A stretch of DNA of 64,000 nt from positions 1,856,001 through 1,920,000 of the forward strand of contig OZ245046.1 in NCBI GenBank assembly GCA_965224245.1, given 5' to 3'. The stretch comes from Candidatus Eiseniibacteriota bacterium. Lineage in GTDB: Bacteria; Eisenbacteria; RBG-16-71-46; CAZAMP01. How positions within the stretch are numbered: the first letter of the stretch is position 1; each line of letters opens with the position of its first letter. The notes beneath the pieces were generated by a model that saw nothing but the letters and a program-made list of their open reading frames with translations, had not been told where the DNA came from and made no database searches. Of the stretch, positions 45,505 through 55,493 are shown piece by piece. The translations under genes and the position numbers were made by a program.

Positions 45505-45720
45505 TCAGGAGACCGGAGTGACGTGGCGCGCTTCGACGACGCCATCGAGGCTGGCGCCCACCGAGAACTCGACCTCGATGCCTTCGCGAAGCCCGCTCGG
45601 CTCACGATCCTCGGGCATGTCGATCGCCGCCGACCGAACCAGAACGCGGTCCCCTCGAGACGTCTCGATGAAGCCGTATCCCAACGTTTCCGAGTACCAG
45701 TGAACCGTTCCTCTGGACAT
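45505..45720 (-). CDS. cold-shock domain protein (divergent)
   Basis: GTVHWY...GYGFIE, L.EG.EVEF, A.HVTP; GGAGG RBS. Confidence 0.8.
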   Translation of the reverse strand: MSRGTVHWYSETLGYGFIETSRGDRVLVRSAAIDMPEDREPSGLREGIEVEFSVGASLDGVVEARHVTPVS

Positions 45721-45750
45721 CTGCGCACCTCCGCGTTGGGTCTGTCTGCA

Positions 45751-45780
45751 ACTATGCCCCCCAGTCCGTGTTCCCGTCAA
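45751..45780 (-). promoter_or_regulatory. candidate promoter for cold-shock gene
   Basis: TTGACG-N18-CATAGT. Confidence 0.4.
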
Positions 45781-45811
45781 ACGGTTCGCTCACCAAGCGC
45801 TCACACCCTCC

Positions 45812-47011
45812 TCACCCCAGCTTGCGCGGGTGCTTGCTCGCCTCGAGGCCCGACCGCGTGCGCACGAACGCGTAGCCGCCCCAGAGCACGGGGGCCGCCT
45901 CGATCGCGTCATGGAAGCCGTTACGGGACAGAACGTTGCCCCCATCGATGCGAACCGACGTGAGGGTGGTGGTCCCCTCCAGGCAGAACAGCACGGCGTC
46001 GCTGGCCCCGAGCAGACGGCCGGCGTCGGTTCGCAGTCGCCAGCGCCGCTGACCGGTGACGAGATCCAGGGCCTCGACGACACCGTCCCGTGTGGCCACG
46101 AACACACCGCCGGCATGAACGATCGGGCTACCGGCGGGGCTCGCCCCCAGATCGCGGGACCAGCGCCGGTTGCCCCGTGCGAGACGGTAGGCACCGACGT
46201 TGCCGGCGGAGTCGGCGACCACGACCATCGCCCCGGCGATCACCGGTCGCCGGCCGGGGGCGTCCAGCGCGACCGACCATCGCTCGCGGCCGCTGGTGGG
46301 GTTCCAGGCCACGATCCGCCGTCCCGCGACGGCCACGCCGACCCGGCTGGCGACGTCGAGACCGGTGATCGCGGTCGCCGCCACGGCTCGCCTCCAGGCG
46401 AGCGCGCCCGTGGACGCCACGAGGCACACGACCTCGCGGCCCGTGGCGAGCCACAGGCGATCCCGATCCGCCGCGACCGCCGCGGGGACGGCCCCCAGCT
46501 CGACGTGCCATCGCAGCTCGCCCGTCGTGGAATCCACCGCGAGGATGCGTCCACCGGCATCCGACCAGACGAGATTCGCCCCGACGACCCGGACCTCGCT
46601 CGCCGGCGGCGCGGGCACGGACATCCGGCGCACCAGGAAGCCCGTCTCGGGGTCGAGGAGCCGGAGCTCCGCCCCGACCACCACGGCGATCAGGTCTCCG
46701 ACCCCCACGGGCGAGGCCACGTCGTCCGACAGCGCCACGCGCCACACCGGGGAGGCTTCGCGGACCGGAGTGGACACCGAGTCGACCGGATCCTCGGCCG
46801 CGAGGGCACGATCGACGGCGGCGTCGGATCCGACCGAGCCGTCGTCTCGTGCGTCCCCGCCGGCGTCCTCCACCGAGCCGGGGGCGCGGGGAGCGCCACG
46901 CGAGCCGGTCATGACGATGCCGAGTGCCACGACGCCGAGGAGCGCCGCCAGAGCCAGGGGCACCGCGCGACCGCGCGGTGGCATGCGTCGCCGGCGCGCC
47001 ACCGGGCTCAC
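45812..47011 (-). CDS. PQQ-like beta-propeller repeat protein (BamB-like fold), N-terminal membrane anchor
   Basis: repeated A.D..TG..RW blades; hydrophobic N-terminus; start at GTG overlapping the Slt stop (or ATG 46984). Confidence 0.8.
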   Translation of the reverse strand: MSPVARRRRMPPRGRAVPLALAALLGVVALGIVMTGSRGAPRAPGSVEDAGGDARDDGSVGSDAAVDRALAAEDPVDSVSTPVREASPVWRVALSDDVASPVGVGDLIAVVVGAELRLLDPETGFLVRRMSVPAPPASEVRVVGANLVWSDAGGRILAVDSTTGELRWHVELGAVPAAVAADRDRLWLATGREVVCLVASTGALAWRRAVAATAITGLDVASRVGVAVAGRRIVAWNPTSGRERWSVALDAPGRRPVIAGAMVVVADSAGNVGAYRLARGNRRWSRDLGASPAGSPIVHAGGVFVATRDGVVEALDLVTGQRRWRLRTDAGRLLGASDAVLFCLEGTTTLTSVRIDGGNVLSRNGFHDAIEAAPVLWGGYAFVRTRSGLEASKHPRKLG

Positions 47012-49347
47012 CACGCCATCGCGGGTGCGTCGATCGACCCGCGATAGAGGTCCAGGTACGCCAGGTAGTGACCGAGCACCGACCGTACGTAGCCTCGCGT
47101 CTCGATGTAGGGAATCGTCTCGATCCAGATCCAGGGCTCCGCGTGCGGACTTCCCCATCGGTCGACGGCGTCCTTCCCGGCGTTGTACGCGGCGATCGGT
47201 CGCAGCACGTCGTCGTACCGGGCCACGAGCCCCGACAGGTGGTGCGTCCCGATGGCGACATTCACGCGCGGATCCAGGAGCGATGCGGCACCGTCGTAGG
47301 ATCGGCCCATCACGCGGGCCTCGCGTCGCGCGGTGGCGGGCATCAGCTGCATCAGCCCGAGCGCGCCGGCGCGACTGCGACCCCGCTCGTCGAAACGGGA
47401 TTCCTGTCGGATCAGCGCGGCCACCAGAAGCGGATCCAGGCCGACCCCGCCCGACGCGGCCGCCACGTCGACGTCCGCGATGAAGCCGAGCGGGTAGCGA
47501 AGACGAAGCAGGCCCGGAGCGTCGGCGGCGTTGCGCGCGTAGCCGACGCGGAGCGCGGCGCGCGGATGACCGGCGGCGATGGTGGCGAACGCCAGCGCCA
47601 CCTGCCCGTCGGGATCGGACGCCGCTCGCGCCAGCTCGCGCGAGAGGAGACGGCGGGCCACGTCCGGATAGCCGAGCCGCTGGGCCAGCGCCGTGTCCTC
47701 GAACACCGTCCAGTCCACGGCCGCCACGTCCTCTCCGGCGGATCGATCGTCGCGGACGCGCTCGGGCCCGACCGGCCATCCCTCCGACCGGGGGCTCGAG
47801 AGCAGGCGCGAGGTGTCGACGACTCCGCTCCGGAGCGCGCGAGAGAGGTATCCGAACGGGCTCTCCTCACGCCGGACGCCCTCGAGGAGACTGTCGCGGT
47901 CGGCATCATCGGCCGTGATGGCGGCCCACACCCGCGCGCGGGCCCGGCGATCCGCGTCCGGTGCGGATGCCTCGGCGGCGCGAAACGCCACGTGCGCGCT
48001 GTCGCGCATGCCCAGCGCCAGCGTCGCCACCGCTCCCCGGAACGTCGGCTCGAACGGCGCGTGGCCGGCTCCGAGCGCGCGCGCGTACAGCTCGCGCGCC
48101 TCGAGCAGGTCTCCGGCGGTGTGATGCTCCCAGGCGCACTCGAAGTACGCGGTGGCCGCGTGTGCCGGGTCGGACTCCCAGACCGACCGGTACGCGTCGA
48201 CCATGTCCGTGAACTCGCCCGACGAACGCTCCATGCGCGCGAGCGCGAGCATGCCCGCTCCGGCCCGATCGGGCGACGTCGTGTCGGCGAGAAGGGGCGC
48301 CAGGTGCCGCCGTGCGGCCTCGAAGTCGCCGCGCCGCCGCGCCGCCGTGGCCAGGCGGAGACGAAACGCGTCGCCTTCGGCACCCGGGAGCTCGCCCGCG
48401 GCCAGCTGGGCTGCGATGCTGTCGGCCGACCAGAGCCCGCACCGCTCGCGGGCGCGCCAGTCGAGAACGGTGTCGGCGACCGTCGGCGTCGCGAGACGTC
48501 CGAGCGCGGCCCATGCCTCGTCGAGAAGATCCGCTCGCGCGACCCGCGACATCACGGCCCGCCAGTCGTCGGCGGTGGCGTGTCCGGCCTGCTCCCGGTG
48601 CTTCGCCCAGCGAACGTCGGCCAGGAATCCGCTCGGCACGAGGTGACGAACGTCGCGCCGGAACGCCCGGAACCGCGCCTCGCCGAAGTCCGCGACGCCC
48701 ACGCCGGCCCGCAGAGCACCGTCGAACGCGATCTCCCGGACGAAGATGGCGTCGCTGGCGGACGCCCGGGTGAACGACCCGGCCGCGCGCATCGTGTCAC
48801 GCGAGGCCAGCGCCAGGACACCGTCCACGAGACGGCTGCGCACCGACCGATCCCGAAGCGGCGGCCACGACCCACCGCCGTCCCCCGTGCGGTCGTCGCC
48901 CTCACCGGCCTCGAGCCGACAGAGCGCGAGCCAGCGCTCGAGCCGAGGGTCCCCGGCCGCGAACGCCTCCGGTCCGGGCCGCGGCAAGGGTCCGTCCGTG
49001 ACGCCGAGAAGCACCAGGGCCTCGACCTGGAGCGATTCGGGCCACGCCGCGGTCCCGGTCGCGGCCCAGTGCTCCTCGACCAACCCGACGAGCGTCCCCC
49101 GCCGGGACGTGGCCTCGCGCGCGGCCTCGGAGATGGCGTCGTACGATGCGTGCGCCAGCGCGTCCGTGAACCGGTCGAGCGCCGTGCGATAGCGCGAGGT
49201 GGCCTCGGTCAGGCGCGAAGCGTTGCCGGCGTCCGCGATGGACGGCCCGGCGCCGAGACCGGCGGAGAGTGCCGCCACGATCAGGCTGCGGGACACGAGC
49301 CCGGACCACCAGCGGTGCGATCGTGTCGAGAGTCGGCGATGCGGCAC
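47008..49347 (-). CDS. soluble lytic transglycosylase (Slt70-like) with TPR-like helical region
   Basis: LIRQESRF catalytic Glu, GALGLMQLMP, AAYNAG, IPYIETRGYV; start from GAGGAGG RBS, uncertain. Confidence 0.87.
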   Translation of the reverse strand: MPHRRLSTRSHRWWSGLVSRSLIVAALSAGLGAGPSIADAGNASRLTEATSRYRTALDRFTDALAHASYDAISEAAREATSRRGTLVGLVEEHWAATGTAAWPESLQVEALVLLGVTDGPLPRPGPEAFAAGDPRLERWLALCRLEAGEGDDRTGDGGGSWPPLRDRSVRSRLVDGVLALASRDTMRAAGSFTRASASDAIFVREIAFDGALRAGVGVADFGEARFRAFRRDVRHLVPSGFLADVRWAKHREQAGHATADDWRAVMSRVARADLLDEAWAALGRLATPTVADTVLDWRARERCGLWSADSIAAQLAAGELPGAEGDAFRLRLATAARRRGDFEAARRHLAPLLADTTSPDRAGAGMLALARMERSSGEFTDMVDAYRSVWESDPAHAATAYFECAWEHHTAGDLLEARELYARALGAGHAPFEPTFRGAVATLALGMRDSAHVAFRAAEASAPDADRRARARVWAAITADDADRDSLLEGVRREESPFGYLSRALRSGVVDTSRLLSSPRSEGWPVGPERVRDDRSAGEDVAAVDWTVFEDTALAQRLGYPDVARRLLSRELARAASDPDGQVALAFATIAAGHPRAALRVGYARNAADAPGLLRLRYPLGFIADVDVAAASGGVGLDPLLVAALIRQESRFDERGRSRAGALGLMQLMPATARREARVMGRSYDGAASLLDPRVNVAIGTHHLSGLVARYDDVLRPIAAYNAGKDAVDRWGSPHAEPWIWIETIPYIETRGYVRSVLGHYLAYLDLYRGSIDAPAMAW

Positions 49348-49396
49348 TCGGGAGCATCCTCCTCGGTCGGCGTCTCGTCGGCCTCGTCGCACCGCG

Positions 49397-52255
49397 TCAG
49401 CGCAGCACAACGATGCGCCCTCGCACATCGTTCATCGTGTAGAAGTACACACCGGCGCCCAGGAGGTGCCCGGCTCGCGATCGGCCGTCCCACCGGAACT
49501 CCCGGCCCCCGTCACCGCTCTCGCGGCTCGTCACGCGGGCGACGTCCCGTCCCGTCACGTCACGGATCACGAGCGGCGGTACGACCGCCGACGTCGGCGC
49601 CAGCCGGACGCGAAAGACGTCGGCGCCCGGACGAAACGGCAGCGGTCCCGCGCTCTCGACACGGATCGCCACCGGGAACGCCGGTATCGCCACCAGGACC
49701 TCGGCCCGTACGACGTCGCCCTGCCCCGGAACGTTGCGCTCGATCAGCCGGAACCGATGCCGCTCGCCGGGCGCGGGCCGGACGTCCTCGACCCACGCGA
49801 TGTGCCCTCCGTCCAGCGACTCGGAGACCAGCTCGACCGCGCCGTCGAGTGCCTCGCCGTCGGCGTCCACGCGCTCGCGGACGAGCGCGATCGTCCCGGC
49901 GAACCGGTCCACGTTCTCGATCACGGCCCACCGGAGCCGCACGCGATCCTCCAGGACGCACGGCGGGGTCAGGTGGAACGCCACCCTGGAATCGTCGGTC
50001 GCGACACGGACGTTGTCGAGCCTCCAGCCGTCCCACGGACCCCCGAGGGTGAGCCGGTCGCTCGCGAAGCGAAAGCGGATCCGGACGGTGCGCCCGTCGT
50101 ACGCCGACAGGTCGATCGACGCGTCGCGCCAGCCGCCGAACTCGCCTGCGTACACCCCATCATCGGCCAGGGCGAAGAACGCGTTCAACGACGGCGCGTT
50201 CGGGTAGCCTCCGTCGGGCGCCACCGGGGCCCACCGGTCGGTTCCGGCCGAGATCTCGACACGTCCCCCGTCGTACGCGTCGCCGTTCTCGGCGGTCTCC
50301 GCCGACATCCAGTGCCGGAAGGTCAGCCGGGACCCGGCCCCCAGGAGAAACGCCGGCGAGACCAGGACCGCGTCCACGCTGTCGGGGTAGCTGACCGAGG
50401 AGACGTCTCCGCAGCGCGCATGTCCACCGGCCGTCCGCCCGGTGGGGTCGGTCGCCCAGTGCCACGGATCGGCCGGCGAGAGCGCGTTGGGCGCGTGCGT
50501 GAACCCGTCGAGGTCGGCGTCGAACGGGGCGTCGAGCCCGAACGTGCGACCGGCGACCCAGAGCGCGGTGGTGATCTCGTCGCGGCCGTCTTCCTGGACG
50601 TCCAACGTGATCGGGACCACGAACGGATCGGCCAGAACGGGCGGCAGCGTCACCGTGACCGTGCCGATCCGCTCGCGCGCCTCACCCGACGCCAGCGCCG
50701 GCACGTCCAGCGTCGACGGCTCGAGCATGACGCCGGCGGCCTCGGTGGCGATCTCGACGAGCGTGGGGCCGATCGCCCGTCCCGTGTTCTCGACCGAGAC
50801 CGCGGCGCGCCACGTCTCGCCGGCGTCGGCCCGGAGGTCGCCGTTCCCGTCGAGCTCGGTCCAGCTGGAGATGCGCGCGGCGACACCGGGCGCATCGGCG
50901 ATCGAGACCCGACACGTCACGTCGTCGCCGGTCTCGGCGATGTCCCAGATCGCCACCTCCGAGCCCGAGCCGTCGTGCGCGTCGGAGGCGGGCACGGTGG
51001 TCGCGTCGAAACGCGTCGCTCCGGTCTCCCCCGGAAACGGATCCTTGGCATCGCCGGCGGGGAACGTGAACCGTTCCAGATCGAACTCTCCGTCGGCCTG
51101 CTCGAGCGCGACGCGGTAGCGATCGGGATCCAGCTGGCTCGGCGCCCGCTCGTCCACGTGGTAGACGAGGAGCCCCTCCCCGGGAAGCGCCGCGTCGTAC
51201 GCACCCACGTCCCGGCGCCGGTTCTCGAGCAGGAAGTACTCCGGCCCGGCCGCACCCCGGCTCCAGAGTCGATGGATCGGGCCGCCCGATGCGACCGGGG
51301 CCACCGAGAGCGTCCCCTCCGCTCCGCTGAACGGCAGCGGCGTGACCGTGTCGTAGCCGAGGAAGACGCGGGTCCACGCGTCCGGATACGCCGGGTTGGA
51401 GTACTTCGGATCCCCGAGCGCCGCGCCGGTGGCCATCAGCGACCAGTCCCCGAGCCCCACGCCGATCGTCGTGAGACCGTACAGATCGGGTACGCCGTAC
51501 AGGTGCAAGAGCTCGTGTGCGAAGCCGCCGATCCCGCTCCACTCGCTGAGGATGATGTACGCGTTCGCGCGCACGCCGTCGGGCTCGGGTACGTTCACCG
51601 GTCGCCACTGGTGCGATCGGATCTGACGAGCCTGCGAGGCCGGCGCGCCGTCCTCGCGCGCGATCCCGGCGTGCACGATGATCAGCGCATCGACCGCGCC
51701 GTCGCCGTCCGCGTCGTAGTCGCGAAAGTCGACACGCTCGTCCACCGCGTGCACGAGATCCTCGCAGAGCTTCTGGGAGTTGGTCGGGTAGGCTCCGATG
51801 CCGCCCTGGCGGTTCGCGTAGCGCTCGATGCTGGACGGAAGTCGCGTGACGGGCACGACGTCGCCGGTGACCGCCAGTCGGCCGCGAAAGACCTCGTCGA
51901 AGTAGCCGCGCATGCTCTGGGGCCGGTCTGCGAAGAGACGCGACGCGATCGCGTCCGGCGTGTTGACCGCTCGGCTCCAGGTGGTGTCGGCGAACTCGAC
52001 CATCAGCACCAGCGCGTGGACGTGGGCGGTGCCCCGGGCCAGCGTGAATGGACCGCCCGAGACCCCGCGGGCCAGCGCATCCCGCACGAGCGCCTCGTCG
52101 ATCCGCCGCCGGGCGGCGTCGTGCTCCTCGAGGATCGGCAGCAGCGCCGGCGCCGGCAGTGCCACGAGGAGCGAGATGGCCGCCCCCGCGAGGGCCGCGA
52201 TCGGACGCGCGCGACCCCACGCGATCGGAGCCGGAGACCGCCCCAGACCGATCAT
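49397..52255 (-). CDS. M6 (immune inhibitor A-like) metalloprotease with C-terminal FlgD/T9SS-like domain
   Basis: signal peptide, DFRDYDADGDG, IIVHAG, HELLHLYGVPDLY, WSLMATG, EYFLLENR, LLVYHVDE; C-terminal IRDVTGR..WDG..GVYF. Confidence 0.9.
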   Translation of the reverse strand: MIGLGRSPAPIAWGRARPIAALAGAAISLLVALPAPALLPILEEHDAARRRIDEALVRDALARGVSGGPFTLARGTAHVHALVLMVEFADTTWSRAVNTPDAIASRLFADRPQSMRGYFDEVFRGRLAVTGDVVPVTRLPSSIERYANRQGGIGAYPTNSQKLCEDLVHAVDERVDFRDYDADGDGAVDALIIVHAGIAREDGAPASQARQIRSHQWRPVNVPEPDGVRANAYIILSEWSGIGGFAHELLHLYGVPDLYGLTTIGVGLGDWSLMATGAALGDPKYSNPAYPDAWTRVFLGYDTVTPLPFSGAEGTLSVAPVASGGPIHRLWSRGAAGPEYFLLENRRRDVGAYDAALPGEGLLVYHVDERAPSQLDPDRYRVALEQADGEFDLERFTFPAGDAKDPFPGETGATRFDATTVPASDAHDGSGSEVAIWDIAETGDDVTCRVSIADAPGVAARISSWTELDGNGDLRADAGETWRAAVSVENTGRAIGPTLVEIATEAAGVMLEPSTLDVPALASGEARERIGTVTVTLPPVLADPFVVPITLDVQEDGRDEITTALWVAGRTFGLDAPFDADLDGFTHAPNALSPADPWHWATDPTGRTAGGHARCGDVSSVSYPDSVDAVLVSPAFLLGAGSRLTFRHWMSAETAENGDAYDGGRVEISAGTDRWAPVAPDGGYPNAPSLNAFFALADDGVYAGEFGGWRDASIDLSAYDGRTVRIRFRFASDRLTLGGPWDGWRLDNVRVATDDSRVAFHLTPPCVLEDRVRLRWAVIENVDRFAGTIALVRERVDADGEALDGAVELVSESLDGGHIAWVEDVRPAPGERHRFRLIERNVPGQGDVVRAEVLVAIPAFPVAIRVESAGPLPFRPGADVFRVRLAPTSAVVPPLVIRDVTGRDVARVTSRESGDGGREFRWDGRSRAGHLLGAGVYFYTMNDVRGRIVVLR

Positions 52256-53796
52256 TCCCACTCGATCGTGCCGGGAGGCTTGGAGGTCACGTCGTAGACG
52301 ACGCGGTTCACGCCGTCGACCTCGTTCACGATGCGGTTCGCGATGCGGGATAGGGCCTCCCTCGGAATGTCGGCCCAGTCGGCCGTCATGCCGTCGGTGG
52401 ACGTCACGGCGCGAAGCGCGACCACGCCGTCGTACGTCCGCGCGTCGCCCATGACGCCGACACTCTTGATCGTGAGGAGCACCGCCAGGGCCTGCCAGAT
52501 GTCATCGTACAGCGCGCGCCGGTGAAGCTCCTCGATGAAGATCGCATCGGCCTCCTGGAGGGTCGCGATGCGCTCGGGCGTCACCTTGCCCAGGATCCGC
52601 ACCGCGAGACCCGGGCCCGGGAACGGATGTCGGCCGAGGATCCGCTCGTTCAGCCCGAGCACGCGTCCGACCTCGCGCACCTCGTCCTTGAACAGCTCCC
52701 GGAGCGGCTCGACCAGGCGCAGCGACATGTTCTCGGGCAGACCCCCCACGTTGTGGTGGGTCTTGATCGTGTGCGAGGGACCGCGCGTCGACACCGACTC
52801 GATCACGTCGGGGTACAGCGTGCCCTGAACGAGAAACTGCACGTCGCCGATCTCGCGCGCCGCCTCGTCGAACACCTCGATGAACTCGCGGCCGATGATC
52901 TTGCGCTTCTGCTCGGGATCGGCGACACCGGCCAGCGCCCCCAGGAACCGCTCGCCCGCGTTCACCCGTCGGATGGTCAGATGTTGCTCGCCGGCGAGAA
53001 GTTCCATGACCTGATCGCCTTCGTCCTTTCGGAGAAGGCCGTGATCGACGAACACGCAGGTGAGCTGGTCGCCGATCGCTCGATGGACGAGGGTCGCGGC
53101 CACCGACGAGTCGACGCCGCCGGAGAGGCCGCACACCGCGCGCCCCGACCCCACGTGCTCGCGGATGCTCTCGAGCGAGGCATCCACGAACGCCACCATC
53201 GACCAGTCGGCGGTGAGCCGGGCCACGCGGAACAGGAAGTTCTCGATGACCTTCGCCCCCTGTGGGGTATGCGCGACCTCGGGATGGAACTGCAGGAGGA
53301 ACGCCCGCCGATCCGGATGCATGGCCGCGGCCACCGGACAGTCGTCGGTGTGGGCCACCGCGTGGAAGCCCTCGGGCAGCGTCCCGACCGAGTCCCCGTG
53401 GCTCATCCAGGCCTGGAACGGCGCGTGCACGTGCTCGAAGAGCGGACAGGTCGCATCGAACTCGAGGACCGACTTGCCGTACTCGCTGGACCGCGACGCC
53501 TCGACGCGCCCGCCGAGGACGTGCGTCGTCACCTGCATCCCGTAGCAGATGCCGAGGATCGGGACCCCGAGCTCGTAGAGCTCGGGCGAGGGCAGCATGG
53601 GGTCGTTCTCGAGCACCGAACGCGGACCGCCGGAGAGGATGATGGCGCCGGGGTCGAACTCGCGAACGGCTTCGATCCCGACATCGAACGGATGGACCTC
53701 GCAGTACACGCCCAGCTCGCGCGTCCGCCGTGCGATGAGCTGGTTGTACTGCGATCCGAAGTCCAGGATCAGCACTCGCGACGTCGACTCGACCAC
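52252..53796 (-). CDS. guaA: GMP synthase (glutamine-hydrolysing)
   Basis: LDFGSQY, GICYGMQ, QFHPEV, SGGVDSS, IKTHHNVGG, SKPPGTIEWE. Confidence 0.98.
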   Translation of the reverse strand: MVESTSRVLILDFGSQYNQLIARRTRELGVYCEVHPFDVGIEAVREFDPGAIILSGGPRSVLENDPMLPSPELYELGVPILGICYGMQVTTHVLGGRVEASRSSEYGKSVLEFDATCPLFEHVHAPFQAWMSHGDSVGTLPEGFHAVAHTDDCPVAAAMHPDRRAFLLQFHPEVAHTPQGAKVIENFLFRVARLTADWSMVAFVDASLESIREHVGSGRAVCGLSGGVDSSVAATLVHRAIGDQLTCVFVDHGLLRKDEGDQVMELLAGEQHLTIRRVNAGERFLGALAGVADPEQKRKIIGREFIEVFDEAAREIGDVQFLVQGTLYPDVIESVSTRGPSHTIKTHHNVGGLPENMSLRLVEPLRELFKDEVREVGRVLGLNERILGRHPFPGPGLAVRILGKVTPERIATLQEADAIFIEELHRRALYDDIWQALAVLLTIKSVGVMGDARTYDGVVALRAVTSTDGMTADWADIPREALSRIANRIVNEVDGVNRVVYDVTSKPPGTIEWE

Positions 53797-53897
53797 GTTC
53801 CCCCCTGCCGCGCGAGTGCGCGCGTTCAGACCCCTTCGTCGCGCCGCCGATCCCGGTGGACCGACCGATCCCCGGACGCGGCGCCCACGGCGCGCCG

Positions 53898-55493
53898 CTA
53901 GTGACGGAACGAGCGGCGGCCGGTGAAGACCATCGCCATGCCCGCCGCATCGGCTGCGGCGATCGAGTCGCCATCGCGCTTCGATCCGCCGGGCTGGACG
54001 ACGGCCGTGCAGCCGACCTCGGCGGCCGCGCGAACCGAATCGTCGAACGGGAAGAAGGCATCGGACGCCATCACCGAGCCCGCGAGGTCGTGACCGGCCC
54101 TCCGCGCCTTGGCGATCGCCAGCGTCACCGCGTCGATGCGACTCGTCTGACCGCACCCGACGCCGACCGTGCGCGTCCCGTTCACGAAGACGATCGCATT
54201 GGACTGCACGTAGCGCGTGACCTGCCACGCGAACGCCAGCGCCCGCGCCTCGAGATCGGTGGGAGCGCGGTCGGTCGCGGTGTGCCAGGCGGTGGGCTCG
54301 TCGCGACCCGGTCGATCGGACGCCTGCGCGAGGAGTCCGCCGGCGACCGCCCGCACCTCGACGGCCCCCTCCGCGATGGGCTCTCCCCCGGGACCGAGCC
54401 CCGGGCTCGTGACCAGGACGAGGTTCTTCTTCTTCCGGAGGATCTCGAGCGCCGCGTCGTCGAACGCCTCGGCCGCGACCATCTCCACGAAGTTCGCCTT
54501 GATCGCCGTGGCGAGCGCCGCGTCGACGCGGCCCCGAAGCACGATCACGCCGCCGAACGCGGAGAGCGGGTCGCCCGCCCACGCGTGCGCGAACGCGGCT
54601 CCCAGGTCGGGAGCCTCGGCCGCACCGGCGGGGTTGCGATGCTTGACGACGACGGCCGCCGGCGGCGCCAGCGCCTGCGCCAGCCGCCAGCCGCCGTCGA
54701 GATCGAGAAGGTTGTTGTAGGAGATCGGCTTCCCGTGAAGCTGGGTCAGCGCGCCAAGCGCCCGGGGCGTCCGCGGAACGTAGAACGCGCCCGGCTGGTG
54801 CGGGTTCTCTCCGTAGCGAAGCGGTCGCTCCAGGCGCCACGGCTCGAGCAGGACCGTCGGCCACGGCGCAGCGTCCTGCGGCGCGTCGACCCGCGCGAGG
54901 TACGACGCGATCGCGCCGTCGTAGGCCGCACACCTGGCGAACGCGCGGCCGGCCAGCTCCCGGCGCCGGGCCGCAGTCACGCCGCCGGACTCGACGGCGT
55001 CGGCCACGTCGGCGTAGTCGTCTGGCGACGTGACCACCGTCACGTGCGCGTGGTTCTTCGCGGCGGCCCGGATCAGCGAGGGCCCGCCGATGTCGATCTG
55101 CTCGATGGCCTCGTCCCGCGTCGTGTCGGGTGCGGCGACCGTCTCCTCGAACGGATACAGGTTCACGACCACGAGATCGATCGGGCCGATGCCGTGCTCC
55201 GCCAGAATCTCGACGTCGGACGGCACGTCGCGCCGGAAGAGGATTCCGGCGTGCACGTGCGGATGGAGCGTCTTCACCCGGCCCGCGAGCATCTCGGGGA
55301 AGCCGGTGACCTCGGACACGTCGGTCACCGGAAGGCCGGCCTCGCGCATCACCCGCGCGCTGCCGCCGGTGGAGATGATCTCGACGTCCTTCCGCACCAG
55401 ACGCGTGGCCAGCTCCACGAGGCCCCGCTTGTCGCTGACCGAGATCAGAGCACGGCGAGGAGTGACGGCGCCGCGGTCGGCTTCATCGGTCAC
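53898..55493 (-). CDS. purH: bifunctional AICAR transformylase / IMP cyclohydrolase
   Basis: ALISVSDK, GRVKTLHP, IDIGGP, LRYGENPHQ, SYNN, KHRNP, SDAFFPF, QPGGS, RSFRH. Confidence 0.97.
   Translation of the reverse strand: MTDEADRGAVTPRRALISVSDKRGLVELATRLVRKDVEIISTGGSARVMREAGLPVTDVSEVTGFPEMLAGRVKTLHPHVHAGILFRRDVPSDVEILAEHGIGPIDLVVVNLYPFEETVAAPDTTRDEAIEQIDIGGPSLIRAAAKNHAHVTVVTSPDDYADVADAVESGGVTAARRRELAGRAFARCAAYDGAIASYLARVDAPQDAAPWPTVLLEPWRLERPLRYGENPHQPGAFYVPRTPRALGALTQLHGKPISYNNLLDLDGGWRLAQALAPPAAVVVKHRNPAGAAEAPDLGAAFAHAWAGDPLSAFGGVIVLRGRVDAALATAIKANFVEMVAAEAFDDAALEILRKKKNLVLVTSPGLGPGGEPIAEGAVEVRAVAGGLLAQASDRPGRDEPTAWHTATDRAPTDLEARALAFAWQVTRYVQSNAIVFVNGTRTVGVGCGQTSRIDAVTLAIAKARRAGHDLAGSVMASDAFFPFDDSVRAAAEVGCTAVVQPGGSKRDGDSIAAADAAGMAMVFTGRRSFRH

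Noticed and set aside
45812..47011. Naming the propeller protein BamB
   Set aside because: No lipobox Cys and not linked to bamA or der; fold-level similarity only
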